Assembly (NCBI GenBank): GCA_040905185.1
Contig: JBBDRZ010000007.1
Span: 408,206 to 472,205 of the forward strand
DNA from: Chloroflexota bacterium
GTDB lineage: Bacteria > Chloroflexota > Limnocylindria > QHBO01
Length of the DNA stretch: 64,000 nt
Direction: 5' to 3'
This document shows positions 8,169-17,207 of the stretch, in pieces. The number at the start of each line of letters is the position of its first letter. Positions within the stretch are counted from its first letter, which is position 1. A program made the position numbers and the translations under genes. The notes under the pieces are model-generated. The model searched no databases. It saw only the letters and a program-made list of their open reading frames with translations, and was not told where the DNA came from.

Positions 8169-8496
8169 CGACGAACGCCTGATTGACATCCGCGATGCGG
8201 CTCGGGCCACGCGCCGCTTCGTCAAAGGCCGGACCGCGGAGGACGTCGCCACCGACGAACTGCTTGCCGCGGCCCTGATGCAGAAGATCATCGTCATCGG
8301 TGAGGCCGCAGGCCGGGTCTCCGAGTCTCGTCAGGCAGAACTGCCACAGCTGCCATGGCGCGAGATGATCGGCATGCGCAACCTGGTCACCCACGACTAC
8401 TGGCGGGTCGATCCAGCCATCCTGTGGCGGACCGTCAAGGGCGATATCCCCAAGCTGCTGAAGCAGTTGGAGCAAATCGGTCTACCTGAGGCTTAG
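8158..8496 (+). CDS. hepT: HepT (DUF86, HEPN) toxin
   Basis: 112 aa with MRNLVTHDYWRVD, the Rx4HxY HEPN motif, paired with MNT. Confidence 0.85.
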   Translation: MRRDDERLIDIRDAARATRRFVKGRTAEDVATDELLAAALMQKIIVIGEAAGRVSESRQAELPQLPWREMIGMRNLVTHDYWRVDPAILWRTVKGDIPKLLKQLEQIGLPEA

Positions 8497-8717
8497 CCCT
8501 TCAAGCGACTCGGTCCCCAGTGCCAGGTGTCCTCGAAGGCCAGCAGCTGGGCATCGGAGCGGTTGCCCGACTCGCCGCGGAAGATGACGTTGTAGTCGCG
8601 GTTCGAGTTGAACGGCGGGTCGAGGTAGATCGGGTCGACGCTGGCGCCGGGCAGGTAGCGGCGCAGGACGTCGAGGTTGTCGCCGCAGTAGAGGACGCTG
8701 GTGGCGAGCTCGGTCAT
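8493..8717 (-). pseudogene. R2: methyltransferase N-terminal fragment (74 codons), with leader B at 8718-8775
   Basis: MTELATSVLYCGDNLDVLRRYLPGASVDPIYLDPPFNSNRDYNVIFRGESGNRSDAQLLAFEDTWHWGPSRLKG*. I count about 11 mismatches to R1 over ~220 nt. The longer ORF-track call (to 9209) is an upstream read-through artefact. Confidence 0.85.
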
Positions 8718-8877
8718 CTGTCCCCCCGCATGGGCCGTGCGGGTACTCCGCGCCGAGCGTAGCGGGCCGAGAGCCGTTTGGGAAGGCTTTCTGGCCGCGT
8801 TGGAGCGGCCTTCTAAGGCGCGGAGATGGTGCAGCGGGCGAGGCGGAGGGCTGGAGGTGCCCAGCGCTGTTCGGAGC

Positions 8878-10752
8878 CTACGCTCGAGCTCGCTGGCGTC
8901 GGAGGGCGAGAGCCAGCAGCGCCGTGAGCGTGGCGATGACGGCGAGAGCGCCTGCGGCCAGGGCCCAGTCCGATGCTCCGCCGGACGGCGGCGAAGCCGA
9001 CGGCGCCGCTGACGGTGGAGTCGTGGCCAGGGGGCTCGGGGGTGCAGTGACCGTGACCGAGGCACGGTTGCCGGTGGCGCCCTGGCAGTTCGAGGTGACG
9101 AAGACGGGCTCGGCAGCCGCCGTCGTGATGCGGTTGGGGCCGATGCGGACGTCGTCCACGACATTGTCCTGCGCCGTGGGCCACAGGCCGCCGATGACGG
9201 CAATCCCAAGGTGGTCGGTCTCGATCACGTTGCCGTCGATGGCCACGTCGCGGATGAGGTTGCCGCGTCCGGACAGGCCCCCGCCCAGGAGGCCGATCGC
9301 GCTGGCAATCGTCGTCCCGTCGCAGACATCGGCGTCGGGCGAACCGTCGATCGTGAACTCGTTGGATCTGATGACCACGCCGGTGATCTGGTTGTCCTCC
9401 GCGGGTCGATCCAGGTACGAGTAGCTCGAGCCGTTGGAAACATGCACCGCGGACCCAAACGGGGATCGGGACGATCGAACGACGTTCTCCTCGATCACGA
9501 GCCCCTCGATCCGGTTCCGGCTGCCCCCGTTGTGACCGGCCTGGACCTCGATGGCCACCGGCATGTCGCCCTCGATGGTGTTGCCGCGCACGACCACGTC
9601 GCGCACGGTGTTGTCGTCCATGTAGCGCACCGGCGGACCGATCGCGATCTCGGCCGAGTCGCTGCCGGCCTCGACCGTGATTCCCACGCAACAGAACTCG
9701 CCTGCCTGAGGTGCGAGCCGGAGCTGGTTGTCGAGAATGCGGACGTGCCCGAGGAGGCCCTGCTGCGCTCGGTTGCCGCCGGCACCCACCTGGATGCCGC
9801 CGTCGGGGGAGCCCTCGATGACGTTCCCGATGATCAGGAGATCGGAGATCTGGGCACCGGTCGAGTCGCCCGCCGACTCGGCGTTGATTCCGGGACCCAG
9901 GGCCGGCCCGCTGATCCGGATCCGGTTGTCGGCGATGGTTGCTCCCTCGACCCGATCGCCGTCCCCGGCGACGAAGAACATGATGCCGTGTTCCTCGGCC
10001 TCGATGGTGTTGCCGCTGATGGTCGTGTTCAGCCAGAGGTCGTGGCTTGCGCACGGTACGCCGCAGGCCGCCGCGCCGATCGAAATGTCGATGCCATCGA
10101 AGACGTCGCGCATCACCAGCCCGCTGAGGGTGTTGTCGGCGAACGTCTGGCCCGGCACGAGCGGTTCGGGAGGAGGGCCGATGATGGCGCCCTGCTCGAA
10201 CCCCTCGATGGTAAGCCCGACGATGCGGTTGCCGCTCGAAGCGACGTGCAGGCCGGTGCCGATCTCGGTGTCCGGGTGGATGGTGATGTCCGGACTGCCG
10301 TCTCTGTCGATGTCGCCATCGATATCCACGCCGCCACCGACCATCGCGGGCAACTGTCCCGAGAGGCGGATCACGCTCCCGGCGAGCGCTGCAGCGAACC
10401 GAATCGCATAGGTGCCGGGGTCGTTGTTGGTGGCCTCGATCGCCTCGCGCAGCGAGATGCCGTCAGGGCTCGGCCGGGCGCGGAGGCCCTCGACTTGAGC
10501 GACGTCTCCGTTGACCACGTCCGTGCCGTTGGTCACGAGCACCTCGTCCAGCAGGCCTGCCACGGTCGTAGGGACCGACCCGGGTCCAGAGACGAATGTG
10601 AGCGCGGCAGCGGCGAGTATCGCGACCACCGCCCCGAGCCACAGGCGGCGGGCGAGTGGGGTCGCCGCGGTCATCCCGGCTGCGAAGTGTAGGTCGGGGG
10701 AAGTCGATCGGGACCGCGACCGGCGACAAGAGCGGGTGGCGAGCTCGGTCAT
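8878..10752 (-). CDS. Secreted/anchored right-handed parallel beta-helix repeat protein
   Basis: 624 aa with an N-terminal hydrophobic segment (RRLWLGAVVAILAAAALTF). The body has many G-N/D-rich beta-helix-type repeats (NTISGNTIE, IADNRIRI, IIGNVIEG, VRGNTIEG). A Pro/Ala/Ser linker leads to a C-terminal TM plus RRQRARA. The first 6 codons (MTELAT) belong to repeat R3. An alternative start is the ATG at 10674. Confidence 0.7.
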   Translation of the reverse strand: MTELATRSCRRSRSRSTSPDLHFAAGMTAATPLARRLWLGAVVAILAAAALTFVSGPGSVPTTVAGLLDEVLVTNGTDVVNGDVAQVEGLRARPSPDGISLREAIEATNNDPGTYAIRFAAALAGSVIRLSGQLPAMVGGGVDIDGDIDRDGSPDITIHPDTEIGTGLHVASSGNRIVGLTIEGFEQGAIIGPPPEPLVPGQTFADNTLSGLVMRDVFDGIDISIGAAACGVPCASHDLWLNTTISGNTIEAEEHGIMFFVAGDGDRVEGATIADNRIRISGPALGPGINAESAGDSTGAQISDLLIIGNVIEGSPDGGIQVGAGGNRAQQGLLGHVRILDNQLRLAPQAGEFCCVGITVEAGSDSAEIAIGPPVRYMDDNTVRDVVVRGNTIEGDMPVAIEVQAGHNGGSRNRIEGLVIEENVVRSSRSPFGSAVHVSNGSSYSYLDRPAEDNQITGVVIRSNEFTIDGSPDADVCDGTTIASAIGLLGGGLSGRGNLIRDVAIDGNVIETDHLGIAVIGGLWPTAQDNVVDDVRIGPNRITTAAAEPVFVTSNCQGATGNRASVTVTAPPSPLATTPPSAAPSASPPSGGASDWALAAGALAVIATLTALLALALRRQRARA

Positions 10753-10810
10753 CGGTCCCCCCGCGTGGGCTGCGGGTATCGGTTTCGATAGCGTACAGCC
10801 GGGGTACGAG
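10735..10810 (-). repeat. R3: leader C plus the first 6 codons of the methyltransferase module
   Basis: ggtggcgagctcggtcatcggtccccccgcgtgggc.. matches R1, R2 and R9. The distal part diverges and carries TACGCT instead of TAGGCT. Confidence 0.75.
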
Positions 10811-10834
10811 CCTGGGAAGGTGTCTACCTGGCCC

Positions 10835-11905
10835 TCACGGCTGGTTCAGCACATCCAGGAGCGTGTCCTCGGCGGCGGCCTGGTGAGCCGTGCTGAGGTA
10901 CTCGGCGTTGGGGATCCCCTCCACCGGTCGGGTGAATCCGACCTCCGGTCCCTCCACCTCCTCGACCTCGATCCGCGCCGGGCTGAACTCCCCAAGCGGG
11001 TAGCGGGCGGCCATGGCGGCTGCCAGCGGATCCCAGAGGTAGTAGGTGCCGTCGGTCATGAACGGATGGGTGGCGAACATCTCGGCCAGGATCTGTGCCC
11101 CGGTCGCGGTGGCCTCGTCCCGGACGCGCTGTGCGTAGTCCGCTGTGACCGGCACCTGGTTGGTCCCGTCGAGGCTGACGAAGCGAACCGTCAGGCCGGC
11201 ATCGAGGACCGCCTGGGCGGCCCGCGGATCGACGTAGATGTTCCATTCAGCGACATGGTTGTCGGCCGGCCCCCCGAACGCCACGTTGCCGGGGACGTGC
11301 AGCGCACCGCCCATGACGTACACCGACTCGATCTGCGTGGCCAGCTCCGGATGCGCGTCGAGGGCATCGCCGAGGTTTGTCATCGGGCCCAACGTCAGCA
11401 CCCGCAGCCCGGCCACCTGGGCAGCGGTGTCGGCCATGAGCTCGACCGCTGTGCCGCCCGTGGGCTGGCGCGACGTCGCGGGTAGGGTGAGACCCGACCC
11501 GGCATCCGCGGCGGCCCGCCAATCGTCGGGGAAGGCGTGGTCCCCGGTGAGCGGAGTTTCACGGCCACAGGCGACCGGGATACTCGGCGCCTGGAGTCGC
11601 TCGAGGAGGCGGAGGACGGTGTCAACGCCGCCTTCGCAGTGCGCTTCCCCCGTGCCCGAGACGGTGATTGCCGCGATCTCCACCTGCGGTGACTCGACCA
11701 GGAAGGAGATGGCAACGATGTCATCGGGGGCGACATCGGTGTCGACCAGGAGCGGGATGGCCGCTTGTGGCGAGGTCGATGCGGCCGGGGACCCCGACAT
11801 GGACCCGGAGCACGCTGAGAGACTCGCCACCAGGACGAGCAGCGCGATCTTCCTTCCCACGTCAGGAAGTATGCCGCCGCGCCACCAATCGATGGTGTCC
11901 ACCAT
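10835..11905 (-). CDS. Inosine/uridine-preferring nucleoside hydrolase family lipoprotein
   Basis: LLVDTDVAPDDIVAI is the DxDxxxDD motif, with GPMTNL and AEWNIYVDP also present. Start taken at MVDTIDWW.. followed by the lipobox-like LSAC. The ORF-track extension to 12208 was rejected. Confidence 0.85.
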   Translation of the reverse strand: MVDTIDWWRGGILPDVGRKIALLVLVASLSACSGSMSGSPAASTSPQAAIPLLVDTDVAPDDIVAISFLVESPQVEIAAITVSGTGEAHCEGGVDTVLRLLERLQAPSIPVACGRETPLTGDHAFPDDWRAAADAGSGLTLPATSRQPTGGTAVELMADTAAQVAGLRVLTLGPMTNLGDALDAHPELATQIESVYVMGGALHVPGNVAFGGPADNHVAEWNIYVDPRAAQAVLDAGLTVRFVSLDGTNQVPVTADYAQRVRDEATATGAQILAEMFATHPFMTDGTYYLWDPLAAAMAARYPLGEFSPARIEVEEVEGPEVGFTRPVEGIPNAEYLSTAHQAAAEDTLLDVLNQP

Positions 11906-11996
11906 CCTCTTGGCGCCTGGTGGTCGACTGAGGGCCACACGGGCACGGCCTCTTTCTGCGATCCTACCGGTTGACGCTTTGATTTCCGGAGTGAAT

Positions 11997-12953
11997 ATGA
12001 CCATGCGCGCATTTGCCGTCGATGCGTTCGGAACCCCCGGCTCCGTTCGTGATTTGCCCCTTCCCGAGCCCGAGGAGGGCGAGATCCGGGTTGCGGTCCG
12101 GGCGGCGGGCGTCAATCGGATGGACCCGGTGTACGTCGGTGGGATGGCCAAGGACTGGATGGAGCATCGGTTCCCGTTGGTGCCGGGAATCGACCTCGCC
12201 GGGGTCATCGACGAGGTCGGGGCCGGCGTGAGCGGGCGGTCGGTGGGGGACGAGGTCTATGGCGTTGCGGCCAAGCCGTTCGTCGGTGCCGGCACGTTTG
12301 CCGAGTACGTGGTGGTCGGCAGCGGAAGTGTTGGCCCCAAGCCCCGCGGGCTAAGCTTCGTCGAGGCGGCGGCGGTGCCGCATGCCGCGTTGACCGCGCT
12401 CGGGCTGGTCGAGGCCGTGGATCCTCAGCCGACCCAAACGGTGGTCGTGATCGGAGCCTGCGGCGGCGTGGGTAGTCATGCCACCCAACTCGCGGCGGCC
12501 CGCGGCGCGGTGGTCATTGCGCTGACCGGGCCGGGCGGCACCGACCAGGCGCGCCAACTTGGCGCGTCGGAGGTTCTCGACTACACCAGCGACGACATCG
12601 GTACGGCGCTGTCCGAGCGCCATCCCGATGGCATCGACGCGCTCATTGCGACCCACGCTGACGAGGAGCTGATCGCGGCCATCGCCCGCCGTATGCGAGC
12701 CGGTGGAGCCGTCGCGTCCTCAGCGATGGGCGGCCACGGACTGGCCGGCGCGCTGGCCGACGTGGGCGTCTCGTTTGCCCAGGTGAACCGGCTATCTCCT
12801 GAGCGGCTGGGCGATCTGACAGAGTTATTCGAGAGTGGCCGCCTCAAGCCCGTTCCCATCACCACCTACCCGCTCGAGGAGGCGGGCGACGCGGTTGCCG
12901 CCATCGCCGACGGCCACACCCGCGGGAAGCGCGTGGTCGTCATTTGGGAGTGA
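11997..12953 (+). CDS. Zinc-type alcohol dehydrogenase / NADPH:quinone oxidoreductase family (MDR)
   Basis: MTMRAFAVDAFG..EGEIRVAVRAAGVNRMD..VVVIGACGGVGSHATQLA. The in-frame ATG at 11997 is used. The upstream 250 codons of the ORF-track call are antisense to the hydrolase gene. Confidence 0.85.
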   Translation: MTMRAFAVDAFGTPGSVRDLPLPEPEEGEIRVAVRAAGVNRMDPVYVGGMAKDWMEHRFPLVPGIDLAGVIDEVGAGVSGRSVGDEVYGVAAKPFVGAGTFAEYVVVGSGSVGPKPRGLSFVEAAAVPHAALTALGLVEAVDPQPTQTVVVIGACGGVGSHATQLAAARGAVVIALTGPGGTDQARQLGASEVLDYTSDDIGTALSERHPDGIDALIATHADEELIAAIARRMRAGGAVASSAMGGHGLAGALADVGVSFAQVNRLSPERLGDLTELFESGRLKPVPITTYPLEEAGDAVAAIADGHTRGKRVVVIWE

Positions 12954-13008
12954 CCAGCGAGTCGGGCTGTGGACCTACGAGGAGATGGCGAGCGCCAGGC
13001 CTGACGCA

Positions 13009-13245
13009 TCACGCTTTCTTCGAGGTGAACTCCGTTTGTTTGACCACCTTGCCCGCCCGATCGTAGGTGCGCCAGGTGCCGACCTGCTTGCCACGATCGA
13101 ACGTGCCGCTGCGCATCAGAGAGCCATCGGTCCGATAGAAGGACCAGGCGCCGTGCATCTCGCCGTCCAGGCGGAAGCCCGTGTACCTGGTCTTGCCGTT
13201 GGCGTAGTGATCGGTGTCCTCGACGGGCGTGCCGGCCTTGGCCAT
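13009..13245 (-). CDS. MORN-repeat (YwqK-like) small protein
   Basis: MAKAGTPVEDTDHYANGKTRYTGFRLDGEMHGAWSFYRTDGSLMRSGTFDRGKQVGTWRTYDRAGKVV. It begins 8 nt after the stop of the upstream oxidase gene. Confidence 0.65.
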   Translation of the reverse strand: MAKAGTPVEDTDHYANGKTRYTGFRLDGEMHGAWSFYRTDGSLMRSGTFDRGKQVGTWRTYDRAGKVVKQTEFTSKKA

Positions 13246-13253
13246 TTGGAATC

Positions 13254-14669
13254 TCAGCCGGGGCGGATGTTCTGGTTCAGCCGGAACAGGTTCCTGGGGT
13301 CGTACTTCGTCTTCAGGGCCTTGAGGCGGTCGTACTTGGCCGGGCCGTAGGCCTGGCGGATGCGCTCCTCGCCCTCGTCCATGAGGAAGTTCACGTAGAC
13401 CCCGGTGTGGTACGGCACCAGGGCATCCCACAGGCCGCGTGACCAGGCGCGCTCCTCGTCGAAGCCCTCGGCCGTGGTGGTAGTGGCGTTGATGTTGAAC
13501 GTATGCCCGGCCCGGCGGCCGCTGAACACCGTCTCGTCGTCGTCCACCCGCGCGACCGCGCCGCCGAGCTGGAAGATCGGGAAGGTGTTGATCTTCGACT
13601 TCATGCGCAAGGCATGGTCAGCGGTGATGTCGATGACCTCGTCGCTGAGCTCCGCCACGTCGCAGGAGCGGAAGTAGTACCACCAGCCGGAGGGCAGCGA
13701 GGCGTCGAACAGGGCCTGGAGGTCGACGAACCGGGAGGGGCGGCAGAGGTCGAGCAGCGGTGACCCGAAGGCCCGCATCGGGCTCACGAAGCGCTCGCCG
13801 TCCTCGATGGGTCCGGCGTAGCAGACCGCCACCGAGACGACCGGCCGCCCGTGCAGCTCCGGCGGGATGATCGGGATCGGCGCGGCATACCGATGGACGA
13901 CGATGGTGGTCAGCTCGTCGGGCGCATCGGCGATCCAGTCGCGATAGAAGCGCAGGACCCGCGGCGAGTCCTCCATCGGCCAGAAGATCGGACCCGCCAG
14001 GACCATCGGCCCCACCGGGTTCAGACGGAACTCGAACTCGGTCACGATCCCGAAGTTGCCGCCGCCCCCACGCAGGCCCCAGAACAGGTCCGCGTTCTCG
14101 GTGGCGCTGGCTCGGACGAGGTCACCCGAGGCGGTAACGACATCGGCAGACAGCAGGTTGTCGATGGTGAGGCCGTACTTGCGCATCAGCCAGCCGATCC
14201 CACCGCCCAGGGTCAGCCCTGCCAGGCCGGTGTGGGTCACGATCCCGGCCGGCACCGCCATACCGAACGCCTGGGTTTCGTGGTCCAGCTCGCCAAGGCG
14301 GACGCCCGCCTGAGCGCGAACCGTGCGCCGATCGGGGTCCACGCGGATCCCGTTCATGAGGCCCAGGTCGATGACCAGCCCGTCGTCGCAGACGGACAAG
14401 CCGGGGAAGCTGTGCCCGCCACCCCGCACCGCGACGAGGATCCCGGTGTGGCGTGCGAAGCGGACCGCGGCGATGACATCCGCGACGCCCGTGCAGCGCG
14501 CGATCAGCGCCGGACTGCGGTCAATCGATCCGTTCCAGACCGCCCGGTGCTCGTCATAGGCCCGGTGGTCGGGACCGATCAGCTCGCCGCGAAAGGCGTG
14601 CCGCAGCTCCGCCAAGGCAGTCTCGTCGAGCCGGGCAACCGGGACCTCAGCCTGGGTCGTGACGCTCAC
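13254..14669 (-). CDS. FAD-linked oxidase (FAD_binding_4 / BBE-like)
   Basis: 471 aa with VRGGGHSF, GGIGWLMRKYG and LRGGGGNFGIVTEFEF, and a C-terminal KYDPRNLFRLNQNI typical of the BBE-like end. GTG start. Confidence 0.85.
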   Translation of the reverse strand: MSVTTQAEVPVARLDETALAELRHAFRGELIGPDHRAYDEHRAVWNGSIDRSPALIARCTGVADVIAAVRFARHTGILVAVRGGGHSFPGLSVCDDGLVIDLGLMNGIRVDPDRRTVRAQAGVRLGELDHETQAFGMAVPAGIVTHTGLAGLTLGGGIGWLMRKYGLTIDNLLSADVVTASGDLVRASATENADLFWGLRGGGGNFGIVTEFEFRLNPVGPMVLAGPIFWPMEDSPRVLRFYRDWIADAPDELTTIVVHRYAAPIPIIPPELHGRPVVSVAVCYAGPIEDGERFVSPMRAFGSPLLDLCRPSRFVDLQALFDASLPSGWWYYFRSCDVAELSDEVIDITADHALRMKSKINTFPIFQLGGAVARVDDDETVFSGRRAGHTFNINATTTTAEGFDEERAWSRGLWDALVPYHTGVYVNFLMDEGEERIRQAYGPAKYDRLKALKTKYDPRNLFRLNQNIRPG

Positions 14670-14750
14670 CGCCGGTCCGTGTCATCGCTTATCGGTTCCC
14701 TCGTGGGCGCTGCGAATGTCGGTTTCACGGCAGCCTAGCAGCGAGGCAAT
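14670..14750 (-). promoter_or_regulatory. Leader F: diverged copy of the repeat-family leader, upstream of the FAD-oxidase gene
   Basis: Minus strand reads ..CGCTGCTAGGCTGCCGTGAAACCGACATTCGCAGCGCCCACGAGGGAACCGATAAGCGATG... It has the same CGCTGCTAGGCT and CGCCCACG.GGG.ACCGAT blocks as leader A. Confidence 0.4.
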
Positions 14751-14795
14751 TGGCTGGTAAGGGCCGACGGCCAATCTGGCCTTGTGCCCACCGTC

Positions 14796-14927
14796 ATGCG
14801 AGCCGGTCCGTATCGGTTCGTCATCTGGAGCACTGAACTGCCCGAGCCCGAGCATGTGCACGTGGAGTATCGTCGGCTCGTAGCGGCGCACCGGCCAGAA
14901 CTCAAGGAGCGGTGGCGTGGCGACTAG
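14796..14927 (+). pseudogene. DUF4160-like remnant with an internal deletion
   Basis: MRAGPYRFVIWSTELPEPEHVHVEYRRLVAAHRPELKERWRGD* has the EP.H.HVE core and the ..EL.E.W tail of DUF4160 but only 43 codons. Confidence 0.5.
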
Positions 14928-15143
14928 CCGCGTTCGAGCGACCGACGTCAAGGTCGGGCGCGCGCACCTGGACGTGTCGTTCAGCGATGGGCGTTCGGTT
15001 CGAGTCCCATCTCGTGGTATCCGCGGCTGGCCGCCGGGTCAGCGGAGAAACGTCGGCACTGGCGCCTGATCGGTCGAGGGATCGGGATCCGGTGGGCAGC
15101 GGGGGCAAGCGATGGGCGGGTAATCGAGTCGTACGAGCCTTGA
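14917..15143 (+). pseudogene. DUF2442-like gene with a frameshift near 15008
   Basis: One frame reads ..VKVGRAHLDVSFSDGRSVRVP. The next frame reads SWYPRLAAGSAEKRRHWRLIGRGIGIRWAAG..VIESYEP*. Together they fit the DUF2442 pattern (..f.DGr...vPl.wyPrL..a..e.R..w.liG.G.gI.W). Confidence 0.55.
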
Positions 15144-15158
15144 CCGCACGTTTGGGCG

Positions 15159-15359
15159 GTGCTGAAGGTCAGGGACGCGCTTCGACGGTTGCGGGCTGCT
15201 GGTTGGATGGAGGTCCGGAGGAGCGGGAGCCACCGCCAGCTCCAACATCCAGAGCGACCAGGGACCGTGACGGTTTCCGGCAAACCCGGCGATGACCTGC
15301 CTCGCGGAACCTGGCGCAGTATCCTGCGCCAGTCGGGCCTGGATGAGGATCGAAGGTGA
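15159..15359 (+). CDS. hicA: HicA toxin
   Basis: VRDALRRLRAAGWMEVRRSGSHRQLQHPERPGTVTVSGKPGDDLPRGTWRSILRQSGL is the YcfA/HicA pattern. GTGA overlap with hicB. Confidence 0.85.
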   Translation: MLKVRDALRRLRAAGWMEVRRSGSHRQLQHPERPGTVTVSGKPGDDLPRGTWRSILRQSGLDEDRR

Positions 15360-15562
15360 AATACGCCGTCGTCTATGAGCAGACGCCAAGGAACTGGGCT
15401 GCCTACGTGCCCGAACTGCCGGGCTGCGTGGCCACGGGGAAAACGAGACCTGAGGTCGAGCGCCGCATTCGGGAAGCGATTGCCCTCCACCTGGAGGCCA
15501 TGCGAGCGAGCGGTGAAGTGATCCCGGCCTCGAATGCTGGAGTCGAGCTGGTCGACGTCTAG
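15356..15562 (+). CDS. hicB: HicB antitoxin (UPF0150 type)
   Basis: MKYAVVYEQTPRNWAAYVPELPGCVATGKTRPEVERRIREAIALHLEAM. Confidence 0.85.
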   Translation: MKYAVVYEQTPRNWAAYVPELPGCVATGKTRPEVERRIREAIALHLEAMRASGEVIPASNAGVELVDV

Positions 15563-15592
15563 CCCGTCGCGATCTCGGTCCAGCGAGGAACG

Positions 15593-15750
15593 ATGCTGCC
15601 AGCCGCGCAACCCACCTGCTTCCTGATCGCCGATATCTCCGGCTACAAGGGCTACCTTGCCGACGTCGAGCTGGACCACGCACAGGACATCCTCGCGGAC
15701 CTCATCGGCGCCGTCATCACGGCGCTCCGACCCCGGCGGCCCGTGCGCTC
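15593..15750 (+). pseudogene. 5' fragment of a DUF2652-like gene
   Basis: CFLIADISGYKGYLADVELDHAQDILADLIGAVITAL resembles the DUF2652 N-terminus. Only ~50 codons remain before the sequence runs into repeat R4. Confidence 0.5.
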
Positions 15751-15800
15751 GTTGGAGTCGCGGTTCGAGTTGAATTCGGGGTCGAGCTCGGTCATCGGTC
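15751..15800 (-). repeat. R4: short form of the methyltransferase module
   Basis: gttggagtcgcggttcgagttgaattcggggtcgagctcggtcatcggtc has the NSNRD-coding part joined directly to the MTEL/ATG part. It has the same architecture as R6. Confidence 0.6.
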
Positions 15801-16781
15801 TGGGACGCTGTCGGCGGGTCGGGGGTCCAACTTGTCCGGCAGACGAAACCGCGTCGCCAGGCTCTTATCCATGAAGGCTGTGACCGTCGCGATCTGCTCT
15901 CCATCCACGGTGAGCAGGTGCAACCCGGTGAACCAATAGTGATCGCCATCGCGTTGGTAGACGGCGACTGCCGGTCCGCCGTTGGCCTCGGTGGTCACGC
16001 CCCGCCACCGGTCTGCCGGCCCGTCCATGATGCCGTCGGCGAGGAAGGCCCGGATGGCGGCGTGACCGAATGATGCGACAGGGATTGGAGGCATCTCCAG
16101 CTTGGCGTCCGACTTCAGGGTGGCCATGAGGGCGTCGATGTCGTTCGCTTCCCAGGCGGCGATGTAGCGGCGCAAGAGGCGCGTTGTCTGCACGTTCTGC
16201 TGGCTTGGCGCCGATGCGGGGGTGTACCTCGCGCTCATCGTGCGCCTGGCTCGGTGCAGGAGGCTGTTCACCGCTGAAACCGAGATTTCGAGGCTGGCTG
16301 CCGTCTCCGACGCCCGCAGGGCGAGCACGTCACGGAGGATGAGGACGGCACGCTGGCGGGGTGGCAAGCGCTGAAGGGCGACGAGGAAGGCGAGCGAGAC
16401 GCTCTCCCGAAGTTCGTACGTCGCGGCCGGATCCGATGCGACATCGGCCAGGAATTCGTCCGGAAGCGCTTCCAGCCAAAGCGTTTTGCCGCCGGCGTCC
16501 TGGCCGACCGCGGAGGGGAGCGTCCGTTCGGGCCGGTCACGAAGCGCATCCAGGCACGCCCGGGTTGCGATGCGCCGCAGCCACGTCCGCAGTCCGGCCT
16601 CGCCTCGGTAGTCGGCGCGCCCACGCCACGCCTTCACCAGCGTCTCCTGCACCAGGTCCTCGGCGTCGTGAAGGGAACCGGTGAAGCGGTAGCAGTGCAG
16701 CAGCAGGTCGTGACGCAGCGGCTCGGTCATCGGTCCAAAGGTCGCGTCGTCGAGGGTCACCAGGGCTTGGTCCTGCGCCAT
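15792..16781 (-). CDS. ECF-type sigma-70 factor with a C-terminal SnoaL/NTF2-like domain
   Basis: HCYRFTGSLHDAEDLVQETLVKAWRG is region 2, and LPPRQRAVLILRDVLALRASETAASLEISVSAVNSLLHRARR is region 4. The C-terminal half is NTF2-like. The start is uncertain (ATG 16781 or 16730; the ORF track goes to 16850). The stop TGA lies inside R4. Confidence 0.8.
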   Translation of the reverse strand: MAQDQALVTLDDATFGPMTEPLRHDLLLHCYRFTGSLHDAEDLVQETLVKAWRGRADYRGEAGLRTWLRRIATRACLDALRDRPERTLPSAVGQDAGGKTLWLEALPDEFLADVASDPAATYELRESVSLAFLVALQRLPPRQRAVLILRDVLALRASETAASLEISVSAVNSLLHRARRTMSARYTPASAPSQQNVQTTRLLRRYIAAWEANDIDALMATLKSDAKLEMPPIPVASFGHAAIRAFLADGIMDGPADRWRGVTTEANGGPAVAVYQRDGDHYWFTGLHLLTVDGEQIATVTAFMDKSLATRFRLPDKLDPRPADSVPDR

Positions 16782-16852
16782 GCGCACAGTTTCGCCCAAC
16801 GGCTCCGTCAATGACAGCACAGGACCATGTTCATTGGAAGTCGGAGGCACCC

Positions 16853-17158
16853 ATGCAGTACATCACCATCGTTCGCGGCCGTCTCAAGGACGCGGACCAA
16901 GCCGCCGCTCAGAAGTCCCACGACGCGATCGTCGACTCCGTCCGTCCGCGAAGTGAGCCGATGGGCGCGGTTGGCCACCAGGCCTACGCCGATGTGCAGG
17001 ATCCGGGAAGTTTCGTGGCGATCGACCGATGGAGCAACATCGAGGGGCTCCAGCAGTTTCTCGGCGACCCGAGCGTGCAGGCGCAGCTCGGTAGCATGTT
17101 CGATGGCCGGCCGGAGGTAACAGTCGTGGCCGAGCGCGAGGGCTGGCGCGCCTTCTAG
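16853..17158 (+). CDS. ABM (antibiotic-biosynthesis-monooxygenase-like) small protein
   Basis: MQYITIVRGRLKD..GHQAYADVQDPGSFVAIDRWSNIEGLQQFL. Start chosen at the second ATG of the ORF. Confidence 0.55.
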   Translation: MQYITIVRGRLKDADQAAAQKSHDAIVDSVRPRSEPMGAVGHQAYADVQDPGSFVAIDRWSNIEGLQQFLGDPSVQAQLGSMFDGRPEVTVVAEREGWRAF

Positions 17159-17161
17159 CAA

Positions 17162-17200
17162 GGGTCGAGGTAAATCAGGTCGACGCGGGCATCGGGCAGG
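17162..17200 (-). repeat. R5: internal fragment of the methyltransferase module (DPPF..LP region)
   Basis: gggtcgaggtaaatcaggtcgacgcgggcatcgggcagg aligns with gggtcgaggtagatcaggtcgacgctggcgtcgggcagg of R9 and R10. Confidence 0.6.
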
Positions 17201-17207
17201 TTTGAGC

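Noticed and set aside
8493-10692. ORF-track calls 8493-9209 (238 aa), 8813-10054 (413 aa) and 9211-10692 (493 aa)
   Set aside because: They overlap the beta-helix gene in other frames or on the other strand and are low-complexity Arg/Pro/Gly strings. Only the last 74 codons of 8493-9209 (the R2 methyltransferase stub) are meaningful.
16722-16738. A 16-nt match (gctcggtcatcggtcc) to the repeat's start region at a candidate start (MTEPL) of the sigma factor gene
   Set aside because: It is too short to separate from chance, and no flanking leader or coding similarity is present. It is kept only as a note on start-codon choice.
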